From: Chiloscyllium plagiosum
Lineage: Eukaryota
Length of the DNA stretch: 64,000 nt
Direction of reading: 5' to 3'
NCBI RefSeq assembly: GCF_004010195.1
Contig: NC_057717.1
Location: 104,722,937 to 104,786,936, forward strand
Shown one piece after another: positions 1 to 12,714 of this stretch. Position numbers and translations under genes: made by a program. Under the pieces are notes generated by a model. That model searched no databases, had not been told where the DNA came from, and saw only the letters and a list, made by a program, of their open reading frames with translations. The stretch's first letter is position 1; each line of letters begins with the position of its first letter.

Positions 1-29
1 GAATGCACTGCTTGAGAATTGGTGGAACA

Positions 30-590
30 TAGGGACATAACAACATAGGAATTAGGAGTGGGAGTAGGCAATTCAGCTCTTCGAGCTCACTCCACCATTT
101 AACATGATTGTGGTTGAGTTTATCCTGGTCTCAACTCCAGTTTCCTGCCTGCTCCACGTAGCCTTTTATCCCACTTTTCATCAGAAACCTAAATAGTATT
201 TTTCTTGAATTTGTTGATTGATTCTGCCTCCACTACACTCTGGGGTAGAGTTCCATAGATTCACAACCCTCTGAAAGAAGTATTTTCTCCTCATCTTAGT
301 TCTGAACTTACTTCCTCTCACTCTATATCTATGACCTCTTGTTTGAGAGTGTCCCACAAGGGAGAATATCTGTTCAATGTTCACTTTATCAAACCCCTTT
401 AGCATTTTATATACCTCAAAAAATTCCTCCCTCATTCTTCTGAACTCCAGTGGGTACAAGTCCAAGCTATTCAACCACTCCTTTTATGGCAGCCCTTTCA
501 TCCCTTGAATCAATCTGGTGAACTTCCTCCAAACTGCCTCCAATGTCACCACATCCTTCCTCAAGTTAAGAAGATCAAAACTGGACAAGG
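30..590 (-). mobile_element. CR1-type LINE 3' fragment
   Basis: ORF 181-474 LEFRRMR...EVYKMLKGFD...TRGH...FFQRVVNLWNS is the CR1 ORF2 C-terminus. Confidence 0.85.
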
Positions 591-707
591 GTACTGGATA
601 AAAATGTTCAAGGCTTCAGGAAACTGTGGAGTGCGGGTCTGGCTGAGTTAATCTTGCAGAGAGCTGACACAGACATGCACCAACTGATCTTCTGGGTGCT
701 TCCATGT

Positions 708-920
708 ATCCAAAGTCCAAAGATGTACAGGTTAGATGGATTGGTCATGCTAAATTGCCCATAGTGTCCAGGGATGTGCAGACTGGGTGGATTAACCATG
801 GGAAATTCAGGGTTACAGGGCTAGGGTAGGGGTTCGGTCGAGGTGGGATGCTCTTCAGAGGGTTAATGTGGACTAGATGGGCTGAATCATCTGCTTCCAC
901 ACAGTAAGGTATTCTTTGAT
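708..920 (+). mobile_element. HE1-like SINE, 5'-truncated
   Basis: tccaaagatgtacaggttag...attggtcatgctaaattgccc core and a CR1-like tail; homologous to the copies at 17824-18130 and 28596-28926. Confidence 0.7.
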
Positions 921-1636
921 TTAAGATTCTGTACATAATTGTGTATTCTGACTGACAGAACATCAGGCATGCCATTTCAAGCTCATCACAGTGTAACTTA
1001 AGACTACTATCAATGTCTAGTTGTGAGCATATTGCTTGGGACCATAATCTCCAACATACTCCACTGCCCATCTTTCATAGTGTATTGTACATTACTATCT
1101 GTTCCTTGGTCTGTCACTCTATCCAACCCCTGTTTTCCCACAGAACATTCTTTCTGCAGTCCCACAGACTGAGACAGACCACTCCATCACTATCCATTTG
1201 AATCTCATTTCTAGTTTGTATCTTACCCTCAGTATCAAGACCATCTGTTTAAAGTCGCCAATAATATCTTTAATACTCTTAATCTCTCCATAGATTTTGA
1301 TACAACGAAACCTCTATTCTCAGTCTCAAAATACTTCTCTTGTACTTGCATTATCACATTCATTTTTAGCTCCCCTTCAATTTCTGGTTTATATACTGCT
1401 GGTGACCAGATCCATTGCTCACCTTATCTGTATGTTCACTTATCCAGCTATACTTTTTTTTGCAACTGCGCTTTCTATCCAGCTGTTTCAAGAAGAAATT
1501 TGAGGATGTTCCACAACTTTCTCTGGATTAATAACAGCAAGATTAAATCTGCTCCATTAGAAACTGGTCACTGTTGCAAACTCAACCCTACCCACCCACC
1601 CTACTGCCAGTTGGTCCTGAGGCTAAACCCAAAAAT

Positions 1637-1868
1637 AGATTAAAGCGGTACTGGAAAAGCACAGCAGGTCAGGCAGCATCGGAGGAGCAGGAAAATCGAT
1701 GTTTCAGGCAAAAGCCCTTCATCAGGAATGAGGCCTCATTGCTGAAGAAGGACTTTTGCCCGAAATGTCGATTTTCCTGCTCCTCGGATGCTGCCTGCTC
1801 TGCTGTGCTTTTCCAGCACCACTCTAAACTTGACTCTAATCTCCAGCATCTGCAGTACCCACTTTTGC
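1637..1868. mobile_element. Penelope-derived fold-back (pLTR/hammerhead) element with 14-bp TSD
   Basis: Palindromic arms centred near 1733. TSD ctaaacccaaaaat at 1623-1636 and 1869-1882. Decayed ctgaNga-a-gggc-loop-gccc-gaaa cores on both strands. Confidence 0.8.
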
Positions 1869-4800
1869 CTAAACCCAAAAATGCACATCCTCAATATCCC
1901 AAATTAGCCCAAACTGAGCTTTGCACTCCACCTGGTTTTACTGCCATATGTTATCTCCTGTGCAATTGCTCATGTCCCTCTCTACTTCACCTTCCCTGCT
2001 TAGGAAACTCTTCATTCTGAACTTCTCCAAAGAAAGACATTATTCATTCTGGATTATTAGAACAACCCTCTGTAAAAATACACTTGGCCTGGGTTTTGTT
2101 ATGATACCCTCATTCAAAGAGCTGTTTATAAATAAGTAAGATGCAATTCATATTGTAATTAAGTCAGTCATATTAGAAAGTCAGCAAATATATCCTTTGA
2201 GAAGTCTATTCTTCTAAGATTCATGGATATTCAATTTAAATTTATTTAGGTTCTCCTTTTAGAAAGCTGAACTGTATTAACTCAAATACTATGACCCTAT
2301 ACTTCTGAGTAGGGGTAGGCTCAGGGTGACATTTTGTGAATCATAGGATTAATTTGTTCAAGAAAAGTGCAGGGTATTGACATTGTCACCTCATCATCAA
2401 TTGCAGCACTGAGTTAGTTCACTGACATGACTTGTAGAAATGTGCTCAGCTTTCAAACTTGTGACAAAATCAATGCCCAGTATTCTTGGTGTTGAGTGCT
2501 GAAATCATTAGTGGCAGTGGTTAGCCGGGGAATGAAGGATCCATAGGAATGGAAGGTAAAGCTATAGGATAGTATTTGCCTTTGTCAATGCTCTTTCCAT
2601 TGACATATGAATCCAAGTTGAAAACATTCAATGGTCTTCATATCTTCACCAACAAAAAAAGAAGTAGCTGTGGATTCCAACTCTGGTGATGTCCCAAAGC
2701 AGAGCAGGCCAGAGGCCTAGAAAACATGGAGCAAGACGGGAGTGCCATGTGTGACAGGATCTGGGGCTGCAAGCAGCTATAATGACTATTAATACCACAA
2801 ATGAAGCATCTGTATCTTATTTTACTTGGTTTGTAGGAAAATATATAGATTTTAAATTGTAATATTGATTTTCACATCCATTCTTTGTTGTCTGTTAACT
2901 GAGCATGTATGTCACCTTGAGGTGAGAATTGGGCAAAAAATGTTGAAACAGGGGCAAGAATAGGAAAACAGAAAAGAGAGATTATCCATGGGCTGGAAAG
3001 AAAGGTTATGCATAGGCTGGAAAAAGGAAGTTGCATGTAAACTGGATTATATGGAGGGGAGGGGGGGAGGGGGGGGGGGGCGGTGGAACCATGCCTCAGA
3101 TGGGTGCACTGATCTGCCAACATTTCAACTTTTAACAAGGATTTCTGTTCTTCTCTGTGGGAAACACCCTGCCACAACCAAGCATGGGACAGAATAGTTC
3201 CCAACATCACAACATAGATACTTTATTGTTTTGCAAGTAAAATATAATTGAAGTCAATCGTAGCACTAAATATGATACAACATAATATTTTTCTGGGAAG
3301 CCTCATTTAAAACCACAAAACAAATTTGGTGAAGACAGTGCAGTTCAATGTTGGATTATCTCAAGGGCCCACATTTTGCTCACTTTCTGGTGATTTTCCA
3401 TTAATGTTGGCACATCTTTACATTGCAGCATGCATAATAGTGAGGGAAGAGAAAGAGGAAGAGAGAATAAACACAAATGATTAACCAGGTGTATTATGTA
3501 GGAATAAGGGACCAATACAGGTTAGAACTGCATTGACAGGAAAAAAATAGGTAAAAGGTGGAAAAGTTAGTAACAGTTAAACGGTCAGAGGTGAATGTAA
3601 AAATCAGAACTATTTAATGCTTGAAAATTCTATTCTTCAACCTGAATACCTGAAGAGAAATTGAATTTGCCGTTTCTGAAACACAGAATAATCATGCAAC
3701 CCACAGGAAGGGGAGTGTGCTTGTTGTAAAACAACTTTTCTACATTGAAATTTTAAAAAAAATTTATTGAAGTCAATCAAAATACCATGTTTGATCTGAT
3801 TCCGGTTTCACTATGCTAAAGAGGGCTGGATTTAAATTCTGTTTTGCATTCAAAATACAAAAACATCAGCAGTAAGGTGGGTGATAGTTTGATGATGCAT
3901 TTCTGTCCAACACTCAGACCTCACAGCTTCTCAGGATCTCACTTCTCCTAACTCTCTCCAGGAGGGTTCCTCAGGCCATCAGTTGTGGAAACTCTCCAAA
4001 TGCATGTAAGGCTTCTCTCATCACTAGTGAGATTTGATCACATTCTAAATGAAGATTCACTGTTGGGGAAATTTGCCATGCACACTAATCAGAAGAATTT
4101 AAGTACCTGTGCTTTTTGTTGTGATTCTATATGAAGCAAAAACAGAGTAATCTGTTTCAGGGAATTTTGATTGGTAACTTGAATATCAACTAGCTGAAAA
4201 GGACAATGTTCACGTTCCGTAAAGACCCAACAAGTAAATGCACAAGCTGTTATAATAATGAATCGCAAAGACCAGCAAGGTCTCAGGTTCTAGCTATAGT
4301 TTCTCAGACAGGATGGTGGTTAAATTCAGTATCCTTGATCTCCATTCAATGATGAGTGTTGAACTATACATGTGTGAATATCAGCTGATGACAGGGTCAG
4401 ATGGCAATGGAATCTCTCACCACCTCATGAGTCAAATAGCTTGGCAATGTTTATTATTTAGCTTTACCTACAAAAATTACAAACCATTGGAGTGATAAGA
4501 GTTATTGTATTTGTGAAACCCATATTTAAGTATTAGTGCTGCAAAGAGAGATGAGAAATTTGAAGTAAGGGAATAAAGGACCTACATTCATTGTAATTAA
4601 TTGCTGAAGTAGGATAAGTTGATTTTGAATAAAGCTAATTTGAGAGGTTACAGAATGGAATATCTTGTTGGGGGTGAGAAGTGGGGATTACACATTTTAG
4701 TTTCTTCCTTAGACGTAAATTCACTTCAAGGCCTATGTCTAAATTCATTTATTAGAATAGATGTGGATGGATGTGAATAAATTGAGGTCCAGTATGGACA

Positions 4801-5404
4801 AACAAATCTCAGACAAAGTGATACCTTCCTCCTTTTCTCTTCCATGCAAATCCACACACCAGGTAATCAAAAAGGAAGACTGGCAGATTTGCCATAGGAG
4901 CCTATGCATTGTTTGTTAGTTATCCTGATGCAGCAGTGAACATCTGAAGGGAATGGAAGATGCAAACTATGAATAAAATCAAGAAAAAGAATTCAAGAGG
5001 GTCTGGTCCAGTGAAGTGTAGTGAATCTTTTTCTGATAGCATTATCTGTAAATTCTAAAGGCAGATGAAGGGATTAAATGTAGCCTAATATCACAACTAA
5101 AAGCAAGTTGTTTGCTCAATTTTAAAAATCATTTGTTGGATCAAACACTGCAAGGAGGCAGAAAAATAAATTTGCCACAATGGTTTTCAATTAAGAGAAA
5201 GTAATTGATTTAAAATAAATCCTCCTAAATGAAAGTAATGTCTGCTTTTTAGATAAATATTTCATCCACTAATAGGTAGATCGTATTTATTGTCAACCCT
5301 CTCAGACTCCTCCCACTTCTTTTGGACTGCACGATCCCTGAACCTAACAGTTCAAAGGTCACAGATTTTCTCCAACACACTGAACACTAAGGACACATTT
5401 CTAC

Positions 5405-5501
5405 CTTATAAGCAACTCGCGCAGGGCATTTCTTCCCCAGGCCTAAGGGCGGAGACATGTGTCTCAACATCTCATACATATCAGTGTAACTGATGCGGCC
5501 A
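5405..5501 (-). CDS. CACNA1A: Mutually exclusive exon 37b (EFb)
   Basis: 97 nt, ctgctacaaag|T GGC...AAG|gtagaa. Encodes [32 protein letters not shown], with the same length and phases as 37a. Confidence 0.96.
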
Positions 5502-5941
5502 CTTTGTAGCAGAAATGAGGCAAAAAGATGTATCCAAGACGAACGAAAACAAAAATGGAAGGAAACAAACAAAACAAAAAAAATTACAAGGTTATTCTTT
5601 ATGGGTCTGTCAATTGCAGAAATTCACCCAATATCTATGCAATGTTTAAATATTGCATAGAAATACAGAGAACATTTTCTTTCCTCTGCCTGTTTTGAGG
5701 AGATGCCAGTCTTTGTCAATGCAGTTTCTGTCCCTAAAGTAATGAATACTAGTATACCCAAGATGCCGAGTGGTATTGATTACGACAAGCAGCAATGGCT
5801 GAGGTTGAGGTTGATCAGTGCATTTCCATGCTATTTTCTCTAGGTGACTGCATTTTCCTGCACATTCTACTTCAAGAAATGCAAAAAAAGAGAAAGCACA
5901 CTCATTCATTGATGCTTAGGTTGGTAGGTTAGTGGAAGTCA

Positions 5942-6058
<117 letters not shown>

Positions 6059-6726
6059 TCAGTTAGTGAAAACAAGGCTTGAAGGTCAAAACACAGCAGA
6101 ACTTCACAAATTAACATGTAGGAACTTAATTTAAAACTGTACAAAACACAGCATGTCAAAAGCACTCAGAATCTAATCAGCTGGTTTGTCATTGTTTAAT
6201 GATCGTGTCAACACACATGTAAAATCCATCTTAAAAAGAGTTCTATCATTTCAGTTCATAGCCAGAATATAGATCAAGAATATAAACACTTATGCAATCC
6301 TGGTTTCCTCTGATGTCAAGGTATTTATTAAGAGGTTTTTCAATGAATGTTTGTTAGCAGTTAAGCAACCCTCAGGATTAAAGGGCGGGATTTTCAGAGT
6401 AAGTCCAATAATGGGACAGTTTCCAAGATTGAAGCCTACAGTTCTTTCAGCAATTGGGCAGCTTATTGGCTGTCAGCAGGATTTCTGATGGAGTTAGGAA
6501 CCCTGGAGCTCCTGGCAAATTTAGTTAGTGCAAATTAAATTCCTCAATTGGCAGCAGGACGGTAAGGTCAAACTTGAGCCTTCCCACCTTAATTTGGACA
6601 AGGTTGGGAAAGTGACTGGGTACTAGTCTGTTACCACCCTACCTATGAAGTTTACTGGCTGTCTCCAGGCCCACCACCTCCAGGCTGGGAAGATCGTGCT
6701 CAAAGTTTTGACCCCATTTCTTGCTG

Positions 6727-7669
6727 GAAGAAAGTGAGGACTACAGATGCTGGAGATCAGAGCTGAAAATGTGTTACTGGAAAAGCACAGCAGGTCAGGC
6801 AGCATCCAAGAAGCAGGAGAATCGACGTTTCGGGCATGAGCCCTTCTTCAGGAATGAGGAGAGTGTGCCAAGCAGGCTAAGATAAAAGGTAGGGAGGAGG
6901 GACTTGGGGGAGGGGCGTTGGAAATGTGATAGGTGGAAGGACGCTAAGTGAGGGTGATAGGCCAGAGTGGAGGTGGGGGCGGAGAGGTCAGGAAGAAAAT
7001 TGCAGGTTAGGAAGGCGGTGCTGAGTTCGAGGATTGGGACTGAGACATGGTGGGGGGAGGGGAAATGAGGAAACTCATTTACTGCATCTGCTGCACCCGA
7101 TGTGGCCTCTTCTACATTGGGGAGACAGGCCGCCTAATTGTGGAACGTTTCAGAGAACACCTCTGGGACACCCGGACCAACCAACCCAACCACCCCGTGG
7201 CTCAACACTTCAACTCCCCCTCCCACTCCACCAAGGACATGCAGGTCCTTGGACTCCTCCATCGCCAGACCATAGCAACACGACGGCTGGAGGAAGAGCG
7301 CCTCATCTTCCACCTAGGAACCCTCCAACCACAAGGGATGAACTCAGATTTCTCCAGTTTCCTCATTTACCCTCCCTCCACCTTGTCTCAGTCCCAACCC
7401 TCGAACTCAGCACCACCTTTCTAACCTGCAATTTTCTTCCTGACCTCTCCACCCCCACCCCCACTCCGGCCTATCACCCTCACCTTAACCTCCTTCCACC
7501 TATCGCATTTCCAACGCCCCTCCCTCAAGTCCCTCCTCCCTACCTTTTATCTTAGCCTGCTTGGCACACTCTCCTCATTCCTGAAGAAGGGCTCATGCCC
7601 GAAACATCGATTCTCCTGCTTCTTGGATGTTGCCTGACCTGCTGTTCTTTTCCAGCAACACATTTTCAG
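6727..7669 (+). mobile_element. 5'-truncated Penelope-like element: inverted pLTR + GIY-YIG remnant + pLTR, 14-bp TSD
   Basis: ORF 7047-7424 LIYCICCTRCGLFYIGETGR...RFREH is a GIY-YIG endonuclease. Arms 6762-7075 and 7356-7670 are inverted copies. TSD cccatttcttgctg at 6713-6726 and 7670-7683. Confidence 0.9.
6820..6855 (-). ncRNA. Minimal type-I hammerhead ribozyme motif (Penelope pLTR), sense in CACNA1A pre-mRNA
   Basis: auuc CUGAAGA a gggc ucau gccc GAAA CG UC gauu. Core intact; helix III reduced to the ACGU palindrome. Confidence 0.65.
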
Positions 7670-8046
7670 CCCATTTCTTGCTGCCTTTGTCCGGTTTCAT
7701 ATTTTGGATTAGATTGCAAAGCAAACTAAATGCAAGTACAAATGACCCTGATGGGGTATAACATACAGTTTCTATAAAGGAAAACTATATAGAGTTGTAA
7801 AGCATGGAAACAGACCCTTCAGCCCAAATCATCCATGCTGACCAAGTTTCCCAAACTAAACTCGTCCCATTTGTCTGTGTTTGGTCCATTTGGCTCTAAA
7901 ACCTTCCTATACATGTTCTTATCCAAATGTCTTTTAAATGTTGTAAAAAGAGGTAGGTTTTAAGGAGCTTCTTAAAAGGAGTGAGAAGTAGAGGGGATGA
8001 AGGGTTCTAGAGGAAATTCCAGAGATTAGGGCATAATTACCCATGC

Positions 8047-8257
8047 TTAAAAATGTGTTGCTGGAAAAGCGCAGCAGGTCAGGCAGCATCAAAGGAACAG
8101 GAGAATCGATGTTTCGGGCATAAGCCCTTCTTCAGGAAGGACTTATGCCCGAAACGTCGATTCTCCTGTTCCTTTGATGCTGCCTGACCTGCTGCGCTTT
8201 TCCAGCAACACATTTTCAAGCTCTGATCTCCAGCATCTGCAGTCCTCACTTTCTCAA
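8047..8257. mobile_element. Penelope-derived fold-back element with 12-bp TSD
   Basis: Same family as 1637 and 6727. TSD aattacccatgc at 8035-8046 and 8258-8269. Intact gcccgaaacgtcgatt on the + strand. Confidence 0.8.
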
Positions 8258-8269
8258 AATTACCCATGC

Positions 8270-8750
8270 ACAAAGCCATGTTGACTATCCCTAATCAGTC
8301 CTTGCCTTTCCTTGTATGTAAATCCTATCCCTCAGAATCCCCTTCAATAACTTACCCACCTGACATCAGATTCACCAGTCTATAGTTCCCTGATTTTTCT
8401 TTGCCACCATTTTTAAAACATGGTAACTCACCCATGGCTATCAATGATACAAATATCTGAGTAACAAACTCAGCAATCGCTTCCCTAGCTTCCCACAAAG
8501 TTCTAGGATACCCCGGATCAGTTTGCGGGGATTTACCCCCCTTTATGCATTTTCAGACATCCAGCATCACAGCCTCTGTAATATGGAGACTTTTAAAAAT
8601 ATCACTACTGGTTTCTCCAAGTTCTCTAGCTTCCAAGTCCTTCTCCACAGTAAATAATGACTCAAAGTACTTATTTAGTGCCCCCCCCCCCCCAATCCTG
8701 CGGTTCTGCACATAGCCTTGTTGATCTTTAAAGGGCCCTATTCTCTCCCT
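8270..8750 (-). mobile_element. CR1 ORF2 fragment (decayed)
   Basis: Homologous to the CR1 at 38100-38600 (RPISLT / EQIF region). Confidence 0.6.
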
Positions 8751-8751
8751 A

Positions 8752-9880
8752 GTGATCTATTTGGATTTCCAAAAGGCCTTTCACAAGGCGCTACACAGGA
8801 AGCTGCTAAATAAGATGAGAGCCCATGGTCCTAAGGGCAAGGTACTGGCATGGATAGAGGATTGGCTGACTGACAGAAGGCAGAGAGTAAGGATAAAGGA
8901 TAGTGGCCAGTGACTAATGGAGTTCTGCAGGGATCTGTGTTGGGACCACAACTATTCACATTATACATTTAAGGTCTGGAAGAAGGCACTGAGGACATTG
9001 TTGCTAGGTTTGCAGATTACCCAAGATAGCTAGAGGGACAGATAGTGTTAACTAAGTGGGGAGGCTGCTGAAGGACTTGGAAATGCTAGGCAACTGACAA
9101 AGAAGTGGCAGACAGAATACAATGTGGGAAAGTGTGAGATTGTGCACTTTTGTAGGAAGAATAGAGGCTAGACTATTTTCTAACAGGGAAAGACTTTGGA
9201 AATCTGAAGCACAAAGGGACTTGGGCATCCCAGTTCAGAATTCTCTTAAGGTTAACATGCAGGTTCAGTTGTGGTTAGAAAGCAAAACAATGTCAGCAAT
9301 GATTTTAAGAGGGCTAGAATACAACAGCAGAGATGTACTATTGAGACTGTACAAGGCTCTGGTCAGACTGCATTTGGAATATTGTGAGCAGTTTTGGACC
9401 CTGTATCTAAGGAAGATGTTGGAGGGGACCCAGAGGAGATCCACAAGAATGATCCTGGGAACGAAGGCTTGTCATATGAGAAACAGTGGAGGACTATGGG
9501 TCAGTACTCAATGGAGTTTAGAAGGAAGAGGGGTATCTGATTAAATGTTACAGAATACTACTGAAGCCCTGATAAAGTGGACATGGAGATGTTTCCACAA
9601 ATAGGAGAGCCTACGACCCTAGGGTCCGGGTGAAGGGATGAAGCTCTAGAATTGAGATGAGGAGGAATTTCTTCAGCCAGAGGGTGGTGAATCTGTGGAA
9701 CTCATTGCAGCAAAGGGCTGTGGAAGCCTCGTCATTGAATGTATTTAAGACAGAGATAGATAGGTTTTTGATTAGTCAGGGGATCAATGGGAAGAGGGCA
9801 GGAGAATGGGGTTGAGAAATGTATCGGCAGAACAGACCTGATGGGCTGAATGGGCTAACTTCCTCCTACAGTTATGGCCT
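8752..9880 (+). mobile_element. CR1 LINE, RT C-terminal half and 3' end
   Basis: YLDFQKAF, GVLQGSVLGP, RDLG, LYKALVRLHLEYC motifs with frameshifts, followed by a CR1 tail (gatgggctgaatgg). Confidence 0.88.
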
Positions 9881-10399
9881 TATCATCTGCTGCTTTGCCA
9901 CAGCACCTCTGGAACTTTGCTCCCATGTACTACGAGGTTCTCTCTTGTTGGGGGTAGAGAAAATCGTGACTATAGCTATTGTGCCTCATAAATGAATTGC
10001 AATTTTGGAAAATGAATCAGGATTCCAGCATGGCAAAACTCTATCCTAAACAGGAGAATCTTGGAGTTAGTTTTAGTCAAGTGTTGGAATCAAAAGCTGG
10101 ATGTTGCTTTATTAGCAACTGTGTTCACAGATTTTCTGGAGAAATCAAATACCAAGCCAAACTAATCTGTTAGTCAAAAATAATGTGGTAATAGTTTAAT
10201 ATTTAATAATCATTTTGTTTGAAGAAGAACATAGCTGCCTTTTAAAATCTTAGATGAGCAATACAATCTGGTGATTTCCACCTAATCATAAATCTGTAGA
10301 AATTCTGATACTCTACCTCACACTGCTAGAAAAATAGTCTCAGAGCAGCTATTTTGTTTGGTACTGCTTCTGCTGTTAGAACAGAAAGCTTTTCTTCCA

Positions 10400-12630
10400 T
10401 GACCAGGTAACACCAGCCACTAATCACTGCCCTGTCCAGAACATAATGGAATCCATGCTTTATGATATTACACTCAAAGATCCATACAAAATTATTCACC
10501 TCCGTTGGAGTTTCTTAACTGCATGTAATGCTATTTGTACACATAGACAGCCCAAAGATCATGAAGTGTGGATTCTTTGTTCCACTGGCATCAGGTCATT
10601 ACAAACAGAAATGGAAATTAAGGATGGATAGGAAACGATTTACACTGTGCCCATAGAATGATTGTGTGGGTTATATTATGCTGAGGAATTCCTTTGTCTG
10701 TTGGCTCCGCCTTCCCATCAGCCCACTCTCCTCCAATGAGAGTTCATTCGACTGCTCCAGCTTCCCTCCATCATTATTGCCACCTCCTGGTGGAGATCCT
10801 GAAGAACTGCTCTTTCACATGAGGAATATGGGGGAGGAATACAGATTTTATTATTCTCAGATTACACTTCATTATAAAGACTTCTGTAGGGAATTTTGGA
10901 CTTCCTCCTGGTGATGGAGTAGGCTCTGGCGGTGAGGAATCTTCATTGCTGTCATTTTTTAGTCACAAACCTGTGGCTCACCAGGATGCGATGCCCAATG
11001 TCATCATCATCTTTACTGAAAGTTGTCAAATACTTGGTGAGAGCAGAGACAAGTTCCGTACTTTGGGTCTCCTCTAACTTGCCAAAGTCCATCTTTGAAA
11101 TGAGTTTAGAGATGTCTCTTCCAGTCAATCCACTGTCCATGACAATCACTGGTTAAGGATACCTACAGGCATCCTTGTTTGGAGATAAACCTCTTTAACC
11201 ATAAGACCACACAATGTAGGAGCAGAATTAGTCAATCAGCCCATCAAGTCTGCTCTGCCATTTGATCATTACTGTTATGTTTTTCAATCCCATTCTCCTG
11301 CCTTCATCTCATCATGTTTGATCCTCGTACTGATTAAGGACCTATCTATCTCTGTCTTAAATTAACTAACTGACTTGGCTTCCAGATTCACCACCCTCTG
11401 GCTGAATAAGTTCCTCCTCATCTCAGTTCTAAAGAGTCATCTCTTCACTCTGAAGTTGATCTCAGGTCCTAGTCTCTTCTCCATGTAAACTCTATCCAGG
11501 CCTCTCAGTATCCTGTAAGTTTCAATGAGATTCTCCCTCATTCTTCTAAACTTCGAGTACAGACCCAGAATCCTCAACCACTCCTCATATGTCAAGCCCC
11601 TCATTCCCGGGATCATTTTGTAGCTGAAACTGGCAATCTACATGGGTACCCACCCCTTTCTCCCACAGTGACAAGGACGCCTCTCAGGGTTATGCCAAGA
11701 ACTGACATGAGTTGGCATTTCTACTATATGTGACATATGATACTCTAGCAAGGCCTGATATTGAGCAGTTAGAGCTGGCTGGAATGAGCCCTCAAGAAGT
11801 GATGGTATGGACAGGAAAAAGGACAGTCCAATTCCTTCCACTCAGTTCTAGGTTTCTGTACAGATCGATGCACCTTGAGCACATGGAACACAGTCAAAGT
11901 CTCCTGTGCACCATTGACTGATATTGTAATGTGTTGCTAATAGCCGATACAATACTTGCTTTCCAAAGACACTCAGCTGTATCAAACTATATTTGACCCC
12001 AACGTTATGGTTATTCTCACATTCTTGCCTTCCAAATATGCATCAATGGAGTTATGACCTACTAGAAACCAAAAGCTAGGAAAAGTGGGAATGAGTCCAG
12101 ATAGGGAAAGCTTGATGTAACCAAGACAGGAGATATCTGACCCCTGTGAAGCAGAGACCTGGATGAGTAAAGAGAAGTCAATCAGCTCATGCTCCTTAGC
12201 CAGATGCTCATGCAAAAACTGGCGAATATTGGGTGACATCTCCTCTCCTGCTTCAATGAGGCACAAAACTTCTACCTTGCCAAATTGTATGCTCATTGTA
12301 AGGCACATTCATATCGCTCTACATCAGAGTGAACGTCTTTCTGAAGGAACCTCATGCTCCCACTTGGCTATTGTTGGGAGGCCCAACCAGTTTACTGCTT
12401 GGGGAGAAAGAAAGGCTGTCACACAGGATGGAAGTTCTGTGCCTGATGACAAAAATGGCTGTGGTTATTAATGGTAGTGCCATTCGAAGTGCTATTATAA
12501 GTCATAATTCCAACACCTCATTGGAACATCCTGAGGGCAATATCAACCACAAGGTTTACCATGCAGATAGAACAGCCAGGACTGCATCTGTTTCCCCCTG
12601 CCACTTCAGCTTGAGGTCTACATTCTGTTG
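10400..12630 (-). mobile_element. Decayed Ty3/Gypsy LTR-retrotransposon protease-RT fragment (interrupted by CR1)
   Basis: ORF 11982-12308 VEVLCLIEAGEEMS...ASQGSDISCLGYIKL resembles an aspartic protease with DTG decayed. ORF 10952-11149 FSKDDDDIG...VSH followed by EEVQ...YSSPIFLM resembles the Gypsy RT N-terminus. Confidence 0.6.
11200..11620 (-). mobile_element. CR1 3' fragment nested in the Gypsy remnant
   Basis: Reverse complement of CR1 C-terminus and tail, homologous to 60720-61500. Confidence 0.8.
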
Positions 12631-12714
12631 ACTGTGCCAGATATATAACTTGTGATTTAAATAGAGGGATGGTCTAAAGATCACGAAGCAGGGATCTTTA
12701 TTCCACTGGAATCA

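Noticed and set aside
1574..2020. 148-aa ORF and similar ORFs at 1669, 6623, 7034 and 8079
   Set aside because: These are chance translations of the palindromic Penelope-derived repeats, not host genes.
1..5404. Exon 38 of CACNA1A
   Set aside because: No RL.RMDLPV...VHFNSTL-like sequence was found by eye; it probably lies beyond the left edge of the window.
5855..5905. Extra acceptor (long pyrimidine tract plus AG) between exons 37a and 37b
   Set aside because: It lies only about 75-85 nt from the 37a donor, with no convincing paired donor or homologous coding sequence; more likely an intronic U/C-rich regulatory tract.
6381..6716. Possible TIR-bearing non-autonomous DNA element (also near 23625-24285 and 44710-45380)
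   Set aside because: The termini are too degenerate to establish inverted repeats or TSDs by eye.
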